A DNA stretch of 39,662 nucleotides from a virus (lineage: Duplodnaviria > Heunggongvirae > Uroviricota > Caudoviricetes), in IMG/VR virus record IMGVR_UViG_2541047126_000026. One strand, written 5' to 3'. Below, piece by piece: positions 37,872 through 39,662 of this stretch; within the stretch, counting starts at the first letter, position 1; every line of letters starts with the position of its first letter. A program made the translations under genes and the position numbers. Under the pieces are notes generated by a model. The model saw nothing but the letters and a program-made list of their open reading frames with translations, was not told the origin of the DNA and did not search any database.

Positions 37872-38402
37872 ATGTCGCAGGGAAAAGAACCTGTTATTGA
37901 ACGTATTGGAATGCTTACAAAGCGCTACCCTTCAAGAAGTGCAGCTGCCAGAGCGTGGGGAATCAATATCAACACATTAAACAGCTATTTCAAGGGAGGA
38001 CAAACACAACCAGCCCCCAGAGAAAGTATCCTTATACGAATTTCTGAAAGTGAAGGAGTTAGTCTTGAGTGGCTTAAAGAGGGCAAGGGTGAATCACCAA
38101 ACGATGTTGGTATTTGTGGTAATTTTGGTTGTTCTGGTGATAAGGGAGATCAACTTACACAGATGCTTTCATTCCTTACGAAAGACGAACGAGAACAGTT
38201 AACCAATCTCCTTGCTCGCAAAGGTGTAGAGACGGTTCTGACACTGCTGGATAAAGAAAACCAGGATTTATTACAACTAGAAGGCAGGAAGCGCCTGGCT
38301 GCGTTGATGATTGTAGATATGCCAGACGATTGCGTCAGAGAGATTTTGGAAAAAACCGAGACAAGTAGGCAATCAAATCCGGTAGAATCTAAAGCGGGTT
38401 AG
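37872..38402 (+). CDS. Putative prophage repressor (c-equivalent); start at MSQGKEPV, track ORF begins 37797
   Basis: Only plus-strand gene of the element, divergent from ner at the position of Mu c; AAGAGG RBS upstream of ATG 37872; HTH-like stretch SRSAAARAWGININTLNSYFKG. Confidence 0.6.
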   Translation: MSQGKEPVIERIGMLTKRYPSRSAAARAWGININTLNSYFKGGQTQPAPRESILIRISESEGVSLEWLKEGKGESPNDVGICGNFGCSGDKGDQLTQMLSFLTKDEREQLTNLLARKGVETVLTLLDKENQDLLQLEGRKRLAALMIVDMPDDCVREILEKTETSRQSNPVESKAG

Positions 38403-38652
38403 TTTGGCGAGGCTGGCCCGTATGTTAGTTGCCATATAGATTTAATGAAGTTTTAAACGCTTTAAAAAGTTGAGATCGCAGTATCAAAAGTTTTGCCGAT
38501 TTTAGAATAAACGATTAATTATTGCACAATCGGTATCAAATAGACTTTAAGCGCTCATCCAGACATCACCTGTTTTATTTCAGTATCTTACAGGTGATTT
38601 CACCTCCTTTCACTAAAACCCTCGTTGGTATCAAATGATTCACCTGGTTACA
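38403..38652. repeat. Prophage left-end region with three GTATCAAA(A/T) repeats, candidate transposase-binding sites
   Basis: GTATCAAAAG at 38481, GTATCAAATAG at 38533, GTATCAAATG at 38628, about 171, 119 and 24 bp from the inferred terminus; terminal CA at 38651..38652. Confidence 0.5.
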
Positions 38653-39662
38653 TATTCTCGGCTTAACCGACCGTGCAACCTCAACACATTGGTTTCAACT
38701 GCCGTCACCACGTTCTCTGGAAAATCTGTCGGTAATGAAGTCTTCACGTTATCCAGTGCTGCCGGAATCATTCTGGCAAAGTCACTCAGGATTTCATGCA
38801 TCTGCACTTCCGGGAATCTCAGCACCTTTGCTGTCGCCAAAAAATGTCGCGGATAAATTTTATCGATTGCCGTTTTTTTGCCTTTGGATGCGTTAAGCCC
38901 CATTGCCAGTTTGAGATCGCTGATGTGTATTCCCGTACCGCCAAGGACCGGAAATGCTGAAATGATGTCGTAAAATGGCGTGAGTCGATAACTGCCGCCA
39001 GCCTGAATAAATACGGAGAAGTTTTTTGCATGGCCATCCGTTGCGCCAATCAACCACTGGAAGACCTGGAATTTCATAAAATCATAACGATCGCGAAGCG
39101 CCTCGCTGAACCCCATCAAAAAAGCCATGATCCGCGCGATGCCTGGGCCTCCATCTGATTCATATTTCACCGATGAAGGTAAACCGAATGTCTGACACAT
39201 ATCCTCCTGTGGCAAGCGAAGTAAAACCGTTCGCTCAGCATTCCAACGCCTGTCAAAACGTTCGACCGCTAACGCGCGCACATTTCCCGCTTTAATGATT
39301 TCTGCGTCCGGGACATTCAACCCAAGTTCTTTCGCCAGCAGCAGACAGTAATACTCATTATCAACGCTTTGGCTGAGATCGAGCGTCGCATTGGGCTGCC
39401 TGATTTCCCCAATCGGTAATTTAATGATGTGCGTCGTCGGCGTTATTCCTTTCGGAATGCACCAGTCATTGCCTATTCTGAGCAGTGCTGTCTTCTCCTG
39501 TGCGCCAGCAACCGAGATGCGAAAGTCATTTTCTTCTCTAATCATGCCTAGCGGGATATCTGCTTTATAAGCCGTTAATACTTCTTCAAGTCTGACTTCA
39601 GTAAGCTTTTCCCATGCCATTATCGGACGCGTTACGGTTTCGTCTTCGGGTATTAACGTCAC
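38640..39662 (-). CDS. hipA: HipA serine/threonine kinase toxin, 5'-truncated by the window edge, with altered last three codons
   Basis: 340 aa matching the C-terminal 340 residues of E. coli HipA as I recall it, except the end reads ...LSREYVTR where K-12 reads ...LSREYGSK. Confidence 0.85.
   Translation of the reverse strand: MTLIPEDETVTRPIMAWEKLTEVRLEEVLTAYKADIPLGMIREENDFRISVAGAQEKTALLRIGNDWCIPKGITPTTHIIKLPIGEIRQPNATLDLSQSVDNEYYCLLLAKELGLNVPDAEIIKAGNVRALAVERFDRRWNAERTVLLRLPQEDMCQTFGLPSSVKYESDGGPGIARIMAFLMGFSEALRDRYDFMKFQVFQWLIGATDGHAKNFSVFIQAGGSYRLTPFYDIISAFPVLGGTGIHISDLKLAMGLNASKGKKTAIDKIYPRHFLATAKVLRFPEVQMHEILSDFARMIPAALDNVKTSLPTDFPENVVTAVETNVLRLHGRLSREYVTR

Larger units (their letters stand above)
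1..38652 (-). mobile_element. Mu-like transposable prophage, near-complete; right end lies just left of the window, left end abuts hipA
   Basis: Mu gene order in reverse: mom, com, gin, invertible fiber segment, baseplate/tail/head/portal/terminase, lysis, Mor/C, GemA, Gam, B, A, ner, divergent c. Almost all genes on the minus strand with short overlaps. Confidence 0.9.

Noticed and set aside
38640-39662. hipA as part of the prophage
   Set aside because: The sequence matches chromosomal E. coli hipA as I recall it, and the phage-type end repeats stop just before it; it is host DNA flanking the insertion.

Overview
Almost the whole window (1 to about 38652) is a Mu-like transposable prophage in inverted orientation; its left end interrupts the last codons of the host toxin gene hipA (38640..39662, partial), so the host is E. 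coli or a close relative. Gene order follows Mu: mom/com, an extra cargo block, gin, an invertible tail-fiber segment, the tail, head and packaging genes, lysis genes, a Mor/C activator, GemA, a variable early region, Gam, B, A, ner and a divergent repressor. The most interesting parts are the prophage-hipA junction with three end repeats spaced like Mu L1-L3, a compact Gin-type invertible segment that carries two fiber tips but only one assembly chaperone, a NanS-p-like esterase cargo cassette between gin and com, a GATC-rich region upstream of com-mom, and an eight-gene block of unknown early proteins. All calls come from reading the sequence and from recalled knowledge of the Mu family; no database search was run. 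Coordinates I counted by hand may be off by 1 nt.
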